DNA from: Tubiluchus corallicola
Taxonomy: Eukaryota; Animalia; Priapulida
Length of the DNA: 64,000 nucleotides
Assembly: GCA_030141605.1 (NCBI GenBank)
Contig: JAQGDQ010000116.1
Coordinates: 62,001-126,000, forward strand
Reading direction: 5' to 3'
In this document: piece after piece, positions 39,901-64,000 of the stretch
How positions within the stretch are numbered: the stretch's first letter is position 1
How the letters are laid out: the number at the start of each line of letters is the position of its first letter
Program-made: the position numbers and the translations under genes
Notes under the pieces: generated by a model
The model's input: only the letters and a program-made list of their open reading frames with translations
The model's database searches: none
Told to the model about the DNA's origin: nothing

Positions 39901-42900
39901 GTACTGAGCCACGCTGTTAATTAAGTTAAATTAACTGAAATCGTAGAAATTTGAATCTCACATAACACTGAGACTAATGACCATTGATAAACAAATGATT
40001 ACTAATTAATGATGAAACTAAAACACCAGTATCATTTAATATTCTCAAGATGTTGGCATGATTTCTTATTGTACCAGAACTACATACATGTATATGTTAT
40101 CTTCCGAATGCATATACTTATACATAGGTGGTAAATTAGGCATTTGACACAGTTGTAAGCTATCAGAAATAGTTTCAAAATTAGGTTCAAATGCAATTGC
40201 AGTTTTGTGCAAATTCTGTAGTCATTGTCATTGTGTTACCATTACATTAAATTAGGGTTGTACCGGATCCAGTTCCGGGTCCTGAAATCCGGTAATTTTA
40301 ATGGATCTGGAATATTTGTCGGATTTTGCACTGTTTGTATTTCTATGTGTAAAATGTTGCTTGCCAGTTGCATTAGAGCAGGTCTGCTTGCAATTACATC
40401 TTATGACAAGTCTTTTTAAGATCATTTGCTTAACATTATTGCGGGATTTTTTATTTTCAAGTAAGTATATTGATCATTAAGCAATGTAAACTTCTTTTCT
40501 TAACAAAGTGCCCCAGTGAACTTTCAGTAAATCCTGATTTAAAAAATTAGAGCAGTTTTTAGTTGATGGTGCCGATGTTCAATTTGAAGATTTATGAGTA
40601 AGGACTTCTGCAAGACATTTTGCTCTATTCTCATGTGTAATATGTACTATAGTAACATGCGTATTATATGGCCCTAATTTTTTTATTTAGTCGCAATGTC
40701 AAAAATTTACATTTTTTTACTGTACTATAGGTCTTTCAAGAGATGTTGTGGCAATGAGGAAATGTGACATTAACGAATGTGTTAAACACATGTAGACTTT
40801 TTTAATGTTCACTCGCCGTACTGAGCCACGCTGTTAATTAAGTTAAATTAACTGAAATCGTAGAAATTTGAATCTCACATAACACTGAGACTAATGACCA
40901 TTGATAAACAAATGATTACTAATTAATGATGAAACTAAAACACCAGTATCATTTAATATTCTCAAGATGTTGGCATGATTTCTTATTGTACCAGAACTAC
41001 ATACATGTATATGTTATCTTCCGAATGCATATACTTATACATAGGTGGTAAATTAGGCATTTGACACAGTTGTAAGCTATCAGAAATAGTTTCAAAATAG
41101 GTTCAAATGCAATTGCAGTTTTGTGCAAATTCTGTAGTCATTGTCATTGTGTTACCATTACATTAAATTAGGGTTGTACCGGATCCAGTTCCGGGTCCTG
41201 AAATCCGGTAATTTTAATGGATCTGGAATATTTGTCGGATTTTGCACTGTTTGTATTTCTATGTGTAAAATGTTGCATGCCAGTTGCATTAGAGCAGGTT
41301 TGCTTGCAATTACATCTTATGACAAGTCTTTTTAAGATCATTTGCTTAACATTATTGCGGGATTTTTTATTTTCAAGTAAGTATATTGATCATTAAGCAA
41401 TGTAAACTTCTTTTCTTAACAAAGTGCCCTAGTGAACTTTCAGTAAATCCTGATTTAAAAAATTAGAGCAGTTTTTAGTTGATGGTGCCGATGTTCAATT
41501 TGAAGATTTATGAGTAAGGACTTCTGCAAGAAATTTTGCTCTATTCTCATGTGTAATATGTACTATAGTAACATGCATATTATATGGCCCTAATTTTTTT
41601 ATTTAGTCGCAATGTCAAAAATTTACATTTTTTTACTGTACTATAGGTCTTTCAAGAGATGTTGTGGCAATGAGGAAATGTGACATTAACGAATGTGTTA
41701 AACACATGTAGACTTTTTTAATGTTCACTCGCCGTACTGAGCCACGCTGTTAATTAAGTTAAATTAACTGAAATCGTAGAAATTTGAATCTCACATAACA
41801 CTGAGACTAATGACCATTGATAAACAAATGATTACTAATTAATGATGAAACTAAAACACCAGTATCATTTAATATTCTCAAGATGTTGGTATCATTTCTT
41901 ATTGTACCAGAACTACATACATGTAGATGTTATCTTCCGAATGCATATACTTATACATAGGTGGTAAATTAGGCATTTGACACAGTTGTAAGCTATCAGA
42001 AATAGGTTCAAATGCAATTGCAGTTTTGTGCAAATTCTGTAGTCATTGTCATTGTGTTACCATTACATTAAATTAAGGTTGTACCGGATCCAGTTCCGCG
42101 TCCTGAAATCCGGTAATTTGTCGGATTTTGCACTGTTTGTATTTCTATGTTTTTCTATGTGTAAAATGTTGCACGCCAATTGCATTAGAGCAGATCTGCT
42201 TGCAATTACATCTTTTGACAAATCTTTTTAAAATCATTTGCTTAACATTACAGTTTGCTGAATGCGTTGTCCTCTAAAACTTTGTACAATCAAAATTAAT
42301 ATAATTGAAGATTAAGCATTGTAAGATGTGGACTTAATCACTGCATTTGATGATTTCATTTGAACTCATTTCATTTCCAGTTACTTTATAATCTTTACGC
42401 AGAATTCTTGTTTTAGTGTAATGGAACTTACCTTGCAACAGGATCTTATGATGGTTTTGCAAGAATATGGACCACGGAAGGTAGGTCATTTCTGTGGGAA
42501 ATACTGTGGTGCAATTTTTTTGAAAAAGTTCGATTAACTCTTATACACAGGTTGATCTTGGAAGTGTGGTTGCTATAAATAGCAGTTGATTTTAATTTGA
42601 AGAAGTTTCTGAATTAATCAAAGATTACAGTTTAAATTTGCAATGCTATTTGTTGAAATGATTGCAGTTATCCTGCATAATTAAATTTCTGCTCTTTCTG
42701 ACTTACAGGTCGTCTCTTTAGTACATTAGGCCAACATAAAGGTCCCATTTTTGCACTGAAGTGGAATAAAGATGGAAATTATATTCTTAGTGCTGGAGTT
42801 GATAGGGTAAGCAAAATGAGATTTGTTGAATCAGGTAATGTTATTTTGAGAATTCATGTTGTTTGCTATTAATTGCATGATGAATAACATGATGAATAGG

Positions 42901-45900
42901 TACTTATATGTATGGGTAATCTTGTGTTTTTGCGTATCAGTCACTTATAGCATGAGTGCATTTATAAATAGAATCTCAAGACATAAATACCAATTAAGAT
43001 AAATGTTAAAAGATACAATCTTGTTGATATAATCTGTAGATGTCAACAGCTTTTTGAGATAATGCATATATAAATTTATCTAGTGTACTTCTTCAGATCA
43101 TTAACATTGTAATCTTTCTAGTCACATTAATTTTGATTTGTTACGTAGTTGTAAGCATATATACTTCTTAACTCAAGGAGTTTTTTGTATCGTAAAACTG
43201 ATGAGGCAGTTGCCCCAATGCTAGAAGGTTCAAAGCACTGCACTTTGGCATTATAACAGGCTAGCTGCCTTCTATTTCAAGTACTGTTTACATGTTTGAT
43301 TGTGCCTGTACTGCTGAGTGAAACAATCTCGTAAACATTTCGTGTGTCTTCCTCAGCTTGGTTTGATCCAAAGCCGGTTGTTGCCTAGTTTTTACAAATC
43401 AAAAAGAGGCAGAATAAGGAGCCAGATTTTGTTGTATATTCATGGCGCATTTCAAAGTTTTTTTTCAAGAGGATACATGTCTCTGAAGTTTGCTAACAGA
43501 AATCGCAAAAATGTTATTTCTTAGTAACCGTACAGTACAGTATGCTTAAAAATGTGTGCATATAGTAGGCTAATATGAATAAGTAAATGTCATTTGGTCA
43601 GAATTTCGATTGTTGAGTCAACAGATTGGGCCAGTAAAATCCGCGTAAAAATACAAATTATTTGAATTTGGTCTGTCCTTCTTACGTCGCCAGTAAAATT
43701 CCCTGAAAAATTCCTTGTCTTAATAATAACACTGCTACCATTTTTTCTGTTTAATGTTCACATTCAAATAATATCATAGATGAAAGTTTTTCAGAAGGTT
43801 TGCTTGGTAAAGTTGTAATACTAGTATCTTTTTTATGTAGACCACCATTATATGGGATGCCAGCTCAGGACATTGTACGCAACAATTTTCCTTTCATTCT
43901 GGTAAGACTTGATGAGTTAATTTTTCTGTTTGTGTCTCAAATTTTCATTCAGTGTTTTTTAACCAATTCAGATAGCTTAATAGGGATGTATTTTTAAAAT
44001 GGTTGCCTATGGTTAAGTTCGTATTGAATTTTTACTTGCTAATTAAGAAATGTACCTTGTTTTAAAAATTGTCTTTAGTTAGTGATTAAAGCCTTTTGTA
44101 TAACTGAATTGTTTTGTTTAGCTCCCGCGTTGGATGTGGATTGGCAAAGTAATGACAGCTTTGCCTCGTGTTCGACAGACCAGCGGATACATGTGTGCAA
44201 ACTTGGTGTGGACAGACCTATAAAGACATTCCAAGGACATACGGTAACTTATTCATATTCATTTAAGGAGTTACATTTTGGAAACGTTTTTAAATAATTG
44301 AATTGTGCTATAATCAAATTAAAATAGTCTTCGAATTTGTGTACCAAGACAAATAAGTTCATTCTGACAATAATTATGTACAGTATTTCTTAGACTTGTG
44401 ATTTTCATTCCTTGAAAGATGTTGTGTAGGCGATGCTTGGTACATACCTTTTCTGTATAGTGTAAGTATAATTAAACATTGTATTTTACTTCATAATGCT
44501 TGCCATTTGTCTTGTAGCCTTATAAGTTAATTTTTTTAAATTGCAATTTAGAACGAAGTAAATGCGATTAAATGGGATCCTCAAGGTGTTCTGCTAGCTT
44601 CATGTTCAGATGATATGACATTGAAGGTATTTACTAAATAGTTTTTATTATTTTTTTATTATTTGGCTTGCATAATAATTGTTTTTATTGTAATTATATT
44701 AAATTTTTGGACAGGATTTAATACATAAGCTGGTGTGCTAATGTTTAATTGCAATACATGTACCTTAAAATTTGAAATTGAAAGTATAATTTAATTAATG
44801 AACTACTAAATATCTTGTTATCAAAGAATTTTTTTTACAGATATGGAGTATGAAACAAGACTCTTGTATATATGATTTGCAAGCGCACTTGAAAGAGATC
44901 TACACAATAAAGTGGAGTCCGACTGGTCCAGGAACAAACAACCCTAATGCCAATCTTATTTTAGCTAGGTGTGCTCATGCTAAATGATAGGTGTCATTGA
45001 TGCGACGGTTTCATGAATAAATTTAAAGGAAAAACCAACCCTCAAACAACATGCATTGTATTTTAATATACACTTAGAAATATTGAAATTACCACCCAAT
45101 GTACATGCATAAAATGCCCTGCTTAAAAATACAAAACAAATTTAAATCGTTCTCCTGCCAAATGGACCTGACTGTGGTCGTATTTGTAAAAATGATCTAA
45201 GGTGGTGGACATCACGAAGCATAAGCAAATTTCTCGCTGATTAAATCTTTATATTTAACTGTTTATGTAAAAATTAGTCATCGTATCAATTAGCAACAAA
45301 TTTGAAGTGCTTACATAGCTTTAATCCATAGAATTATACCTCATAATGCATAAGCACTACACATAATTACATGTAAGCATGACATTCTGCAAAGTTACAA
45401 GCATATAGTAGGTGCCTGCTGGGCTTCTTATCTGACAGAGTTCAATTTAGTTTGTTAAGATGATTACTCTTACTGTATCGTACTCAAGTTGGAAGTTATT
45501 AATTTATCGTCGGTAACTAGTTTTCTTTACATCACGGACAACGACTTTCCTTGAAAAGCAAGAAAGTAGTATTAATTATCTCTCATTTAACGTTTTGGTT
45601 TGTTTGCAGTTGATAATAACCTGGCGGGATAAGTGTTTATATTGCACTGTCACCGTATGACGTCATATTTCGTTCAAACTGAGTGCTGTCAAGCTTAAAT
45701 TCATTGTGACTTTAAATTACTAATTACACAAGGTGCCTATCCCAATTAAATTTTATTGTTGAAGCTTCCTGACATTTCCTTGCATATTAAAATAATCTCA
45801 ACTTCCCCAGAACTTTTGATTTTCCTTTAAGGCTCACTGCGTCAATTTTTGATCACCTGTATTATTGCTATTCAAAATCTGCAGTAAAAAATAAAGTTTA

Positions 45901-46753
45901 ACATGATGTATTCAGTACCTTAATCTTGTTTGTGTTTCTGTTTTAGTGCTTCATTTGATTCAACAGTGCGATTGTGGGACGTCGAACGAGGCACTTGTAA
46001 ACATACATTAACTAAACATCAAGAACCAGTGTACAGCGTAGCATTTAGCCCCGATGGAAAATTTTTAGCAAGCGGTTCTTTCGATAAATGTGTCCATATA
46101 TGGTGTGTACAGGTACGGAAATTAATTAAGCATATAAGCTTTTCAATAACTATATGTAGCCCAAATTGTGTATGTGTAAAACTAATGCTCTTATAAAGTT
46201 AAAAGGTTACACTAAGTTAAGGCTGCATTTTTTTACAAATGGACAGCAGGGTCTTTGGTGAGTATATGTTTTCCACTTTACGAACATGCCTTGACAGTCT
46301 AATAACTTCATCAGAAAACCTACCTTACGATCCTACAATGTTGTTTGTTCTTTTGCAGTCTGGACAACTAGTTCATAGTTATAAAGGTACAGGTGGTATA
46401 TTTGAAGTTTGTTGGAACTCTCGTGGTGATAAAGTTGGTGCCAGCGCATCAGATGGTTCGGTATGTTCCTTTACACATTTTATGAATTTGAAAAGTTAAT
46501 ATTTACAGAGAATGTATTTGTTTAATGTTTGTGGTAACCCTTTTCCAAATTTGCATATCGTATATCATAGGTTTATTTTTATGTACTTAATTTTACACTA
46601 TGCTATGGATGTTGTATGATAAATCTCCAACTTGGAAATTCTTTTCATGGCAGTCTATAAAATAACATTGTGCTACTTGCAAGATTGAAATCACGGTAAT
46701 GATAATCATTATTTCTGTGATTTTAGGTGTTTGTACTAGATCTACGGAAATAA
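30980..46753 (+). CDS. TBL1XR1: F-box-like/WD repeat-containing protein TBL1X/TBL1XR1 (ebi) ortholog, 490 aa
   Basis: 14 phase-consistent exons: 30980-31037, 33341-33486, 34699-34852, 36134-36266, 37397-37535, 42417-42480, 42709-42806, 43841-43901, 44122-44243, 44552-44626, 44841-44968, 45947-46112, 46359-46460, 46727-46753. LisH N-terminus [21 protein letters not shown]; WD40 repeats from [15 protein letters not shown] to [18 protein letters not shown]. Confidence 0.97.
37656..42250 (+). repeat. 4.6-kb intronic tandem array Y-X-Y-X'-Y'-X'-Y'-X'-Y'' in TBL1 intron 5
   Basis: A marker sequence recurs at 37999, 39308, 40225, 41141 and 42046 (periods 1309, 917, 916, 905). The shorter units share a ~392-bp deletion junction AAATTAGG|CATTTGACAC at 40140, 41057 and 41973. 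Confidence 0.96.
45027..45826. mobile_element. Non-autonomous Kolobok-like DNA transposon in TBL1 intron 11
   Basis: TTAA on both sides (45023-45026, 45827-45830), with short TIRs AGGAAAAACCAA ... TTGATTTTCCT. The element fills most of the intron. Confidence 0.6.
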
Positions 46754-48329
46754 AAATGGTCTACCTCTTAGTGCCAGACTAAAAAGCTAACTGCTACTTG
46801 GATGGAATCCTGCAAAGCTACCAACAGATGTCTCTGTTACTGATGAGCTGTTGTGTGCAGATTACCACGTCTCGGAGTTGTGCAGTTGAAGGAGATGGTT
46901 ATCATAACTTTTGTGCTTGGCGATTTGTGTCCGATGATGAACCTACTACATCAGTGAAACTGAAGCACATTTTAACCAACAAATAACATCCAAGAGTGTA
47001 CAAAGGAATTTTTTTTAGTGTTCCAGTAAACTTATATAATAAGTTACAGACTTGCTAAGGGACAATAAAGAAATACTGGAGAACAAAATAAACATGCACA
47101 TATTTGCTGTTGTGTTTATTAGTGTACAGTGTGTGGATAAGTCATCTTAAAAGCCATGTAAAATATGTAAATTATTGTTTTTGGCAGTGAACATTTGTTA
47201 ATTAAATGCTCTCCGTAATGTCAGAAATTGTGATTTTATGTTGGTTGGTTTGTCTTCCATAATTTGTTTTGTGGTAACTCGATGATTGATTTTAATTGGG
47301 TGGCAGGTTTCGTCTGCTGAGTTTCCTCATACTCTTAGTCTTTCCGTTCTTCTTGTGCATTTTTTGGCCATTGACGTCCCATTGCTTATTTTGATCTCAT
47401 CAAGTTAGTGACCCATGGTCAAACTATTGTTAACAACTTCTGTACCAAAACTTGTAGAGATTGCCAAATTTTTTGCGATCATTACATGGATCTTTGGGAA
47501 GTCATTGATGTAGTAACAATGTGTACTGTTGTCCAACTATTGTTATGTGTGAAAACAAGAAAACACTGGAAATTAGTCTTTTCCTATGTTTTATGCAAGA
47601 CAGGAATTGTTTATGATTTTACCAGCACAAACACAAATTTTTGTCTGAATAAGCGAAAGATAAACATTGAACATTTTTGACATTTTGAAACTGAAGGCTT
47701 AAATTGTTCACTTGAATGCAAATGTAGTAAATATCTGTTGTCAGGGTACCCATTTGCTATTCAAAATTTTTTTCCACCTTAAACGGTTTATTTGAAGATA
47801 ACAGGACTGTCAACATCAATCTGAGGAATATCGGACTTGATGCAGTTACATCATTTGTTCGTGTTTCGATTCTTTTCCTATTTTAACAACAAAGGTTTTT
47901 ATGGGTAGTTTTGTGGTAAAGTGTATTCTTTTGTACAGGTGTTGTGCTATTTGTTAATTAATAACAGATTCGATTTATTTGAAAATTAGATGTGTACCAT
48001 GTTGTAAAATAGTTCCACCTGATAATGAAAATAAATACTATATTTTGTTACGAAATTTTAATGAAAGTGCTTTATTAATGAATGTTTTTTATCTCTGTTC
48101 AAGAATTAGGAAGGTGTATGTTCATTGTGTAATCTGGGGTTTGTTTGTGATTTTTCCAAATATGTAAAAATCTTGTTTATAGCTTACAATAAAATTTTGT
48201 AGAATGTAGTGACAATTGAGAATACATCGATCGCAAACCGCGTTTAGCACCGCTCAACTTGATAAGGTAACAGTCTCACAAACTCACTCATTGCAAGTCA
48301 CTACATAGCATATAAACAAACTGAAAACA

Positions 48330-48802
48330 CAGAGAAATTTGATCCTAACAATTTTGGTACAAGGGAAAATATACTGCTAGGAATTTTGGTACAGCGAAAT
48401 TTTAGCACTGGGGAAATTTGATACAGGGAAAATGTGAGTTTGGTGGAAACTTTAGTACTGGAAAAGTTTGGTACTAGGAAAATCTGGTATAAAGAAAGTA
48501 TGGTACAAGGAAAGTTTGGTACTATGAAAAATCTTTATAAAACCTACTCAAAAAAGTTCATATTGTTGCATTTGCTTTTGATTTTTTTTGTTCATCTGAT
48601 TATTGTTATTTCTCTTTGTTTGTTCCATGCTCGCTTTTTGTCATCGTCATTTGCTGTTATCATTGTTACTTTTGTCATTTTGTTGCTGTCCTTGTACCAT
48701 ACTTTCTTAGTACCTAAAGATTATGGTACCATATTTAATTGTATCAAATTTTCCATGTACCAAATTTTGCCAGCAAACTTACTTGCACCAAGCTTTCCTA
48801 CA
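48330..48802. mobile_element. Foldback-like element with internally repetitive inverted arms
   Basis: The left arm has ~16-bp GGAAAATTTGGTAC-like units and the right arm has their reverse complements. There is a perfect 20-bp inverted pair at 48492-48511 / 48689-48708. Confidence 0.7.
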
Positions 48803-49703
48803 TTAATGATCATACTAGACTTATAAATGATCAGTCTAAAAGACTTATATAAACAATAAGAATTTAAACAACGACTTAATTTACTCCACATAAACTTTGT
48901 GAATAATAATTAAGAGGTCTGCTATATACTGTTATGTTCAACCTTAACAAACATTAATGCAGTAATAACTTTTGGCAATCTTCTGCAACGGCATAAAATC
49001 TTTAATTAAAGAAGAGCTGATTGAGGTGGGCCCCTACTGGCTGGTTGATTGGCATTTTGCGATCTGTGTATTGGCGAGGTTTTTATGTTGACTGGTTGAG
49101 AAGTGATAAGGACAGTGAATGTTCATTATAAATGTATACTGCTTAACTGAGACAGATCCACTACTGCTTTTTTTGGTGGTAAGTAAGTTATTTCGGGAGA
49201 AGTTGCAAATGAATTTCACACCAATTTTTTGGACCATCCTTGGTCTTGGGTAAGCTAATTAAATCTTGCTGGCATTCAATTGGGAAAGAAAATCAAATTG
49301 TTCTCATCAAAGTGGATTTCTGTAACAGAAATTCTATGTAACATCATAACATGCAAGAAAAAAGAATGCTTGCCATGAATGACAAACAAGCAAATGGCAA
49401 AACCTTTTTCAGAAGGTTTGTGGTGAATACATGTACTCCAAGAAAAAATTTAATTTGGCAAAATAATGTATTGAAAAAATTGTAATATATACACGATTTA
49501 CATTAAAAAATTAAAAACAGATCATGATATGACAGAAATGATTTTCAATAGACACTGATTGTTGACTGCAATACATAACTCGATTTGGCGATGTATAAAT
49601 AATCCATATTAATGAAACCTGCTTCAAATTGAATTATCACTCTATGCTTGTATAGCTCCCATCACAACAACAACAAGGAATAAGAAACAATAAGCCTTAT
49701 GTG

Positions 49704-62465
<12,762 letters not shown>

Positions 62466-63259
62466 TCAATCAACATATGCACATAAAAGTATTAAACAAA
62501 CACAAAAAACAATTCATCCAAATAAGTGCACTGCTTAAAACAATTTTGGTACTTTGTTAATACCATTTCCTTAAACGATTAACCTAAACAAAGAAAATTA
62601 TTACAAATAGGCCTTACAAAAGGAGTGTTTTCTGTTTAAATGATTTTTTATTTGCAATATTGCATATTTGTTCTTTGCATCACCATCATGCCATGTCACC
62701 AGAAGAAATGGACATTTTATTTTTTATAACTACACAACAGTGTAATCTACTTACAACAAGGCTTGTCGCGAATTGATTGATTTATATTTAATTCATGAGG
62801 AACATTGGAATTAAGGCGCATTTCCTGTTTGTGTGCAAAACAATGGCATTTTTTCTTCTTTTTGTTTTTCTGCATCAGAGGACTTTTCTCATCTTCCTGC
62901 ATTTGTTATGATTAACTGGTGGAACAGCCTCTTGTTTTGGATATCAGAGGAAGGCTATTGCCCATTTGCCCTCTTGCAAGGTAATGTTTTTTCATCAACT
63001 TTAGGAGCAAAAACATCCGTTAATCACACATTGTAGAGGTGTCTGTCGTATACTAGGGAATATTTTCTATAAGGCGTCTGGTTACGACAAATGAATTTGA
63101 AAGTCCCATCAAATGTTAGGTTTAAATAATGTATTTAAACCTTGCTAGCAACAAGCTCCAATATTATAATATTATAAGTTTTTGCTTATTACGAGGTGCC
63201 CCATGATTATTCTCCTACATATAGGAGAATGTAGATATGTCTGTAAATTGTTCACGTTA

Positions 63260-63440
63260 TTCGTCTCTGTTCTTGTTTCACTCTTTCAGTCTTTTTTCTT
63301 TCTTCTCTCTTCATCTCCTCCCATCTCTCTTTCTCTCCTCTTACTCCTTATCTATTTTTTTACACTGTGCCTCTTTGTCACCATGAATCTCTCAGTTTCT
63401 CTCCCTCTCTTGCTCTCTTCCTCCTGGCTGCTCCCTTTGC
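63260..63440. repeat. CT-rich low-complexity tract
   Basis: Pyrimidine-rich TC/TCT sequence. Confidence 0.7.
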
Positions 63441-64000
63441 CTTGTTTTAATATGTTAAAGTGTTTAATTTTGTTCCTAATGGCACAGATTGCCTTCTCTG
63501 TTTCACAATATGTCGAAGTATATATCCAACAACTAAAGTGTCATTTTCACAAAATGTAAATCCCATTGAAGTAAACACAGCAATTAACGCAACATGTTAT
63601 CAGGTACAGCAGGAGCTGCCTACTGGAAAAGCCCCGTCAATATATTGTTGCAGTATTACACTAATTGCAGTGTTTACATGTAAAGAAATTAGCAGGATTC
63701 TCTACAAAGTGCAAATGCATCTTGAAGTATTCAGTGCTTGCAGACATAACCAAATTTGCATTGCCATATCTGCTTTATAGCCTTCATTTCCCTCTTGCAC
63801 ATACACTTAAACAATTGACATTGGCTATAACGAAACTGTTAAAGAAGCAAATTTTGACAGTCCCCCGAAACTCGTTGTAAGGAAATTATACGTTTTGATC
63901 CAAGAGAATTTGTCACCTATGAAAGAATGATTTACAAAAATAAATCACAATTTCTGCATTATTTGTTCTATTTTAGTGTACGGTGGAACACTTGGCGTAT

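Noticed and set aside
29823-42231. Six copies of a 61-64-aa ORF (MSLCYHYIK...) suggesting a small multigene family
   Set aside because: It starts at TTG, has no recognisable domain, overlaps a MITE-like end (TAGGGTTGTACCGGATCC) and recurs only because segment Y is duplicated. Five copies are intronic in TBL1.
48434-48826. 130-aa ORF with hydrophobic segments
   Set aside because: A by-product of the foldback repeat and its T-rich spacer, starting at GTG.
62755-63110. Possible first coding exon of IARS2 (donor GTAAGT at 62754)
   Set aside because: No open frame carries the expected LPxTxFP motif or a targeting-peptide-like sequence. The true exon is probably beyond 64000.
63182-63559. 125-aa Leu/Ser/Phe-rich ORF
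   Set aside because: Translation of a CT-rich low-complexity tract.

Overview
AT-rich, intron-rich eukaryotic genomic DNA from an animal, probably a protostome invertebrate judging by the ebi/TBL1-like N-terminus. It is not prokaryotic: no operons, CRISPR, rRNA or tRNA were found. Four spliced protein-coding genes can be reconstructed by hand with phase-consistent GT-AG junctions. They are a GPALPP1-like gene (minus strand, 3' end runs off the window), parvulin PIN4 (plus, complete, 139 aa), the TBL1X/TBL1XR1/ebi co-repressor (plus, complete, 14 coding exons, 490 aa, with probable non-coding 5' exons) and mitochondrial isoleucyl-tRNA synthetase IARS2 (minus, 23 exons, 5' exon outside the window). 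Introns and intergenic DNA hold LINE remnants (CR1/L2, RTE), several non-autonomous DNA transposons (hAT, pogo, Kolobok, Ginger-like, foldback) and tandem repeats. The most unusual structure is a reciprocal two-segment duplication inside the TBL1 locus. Segments X (~745 bp) and Y (~550 bp) are arranged X-Y-X upstream of coding exon 1 and Y-X-Y-X'-Y'-... in intron 5, with the same two microhomology junctions at both sites. I see no convincing novel protein-coding system; the notable signals concern genome rearrangement, transposition and RNA-level regulation.
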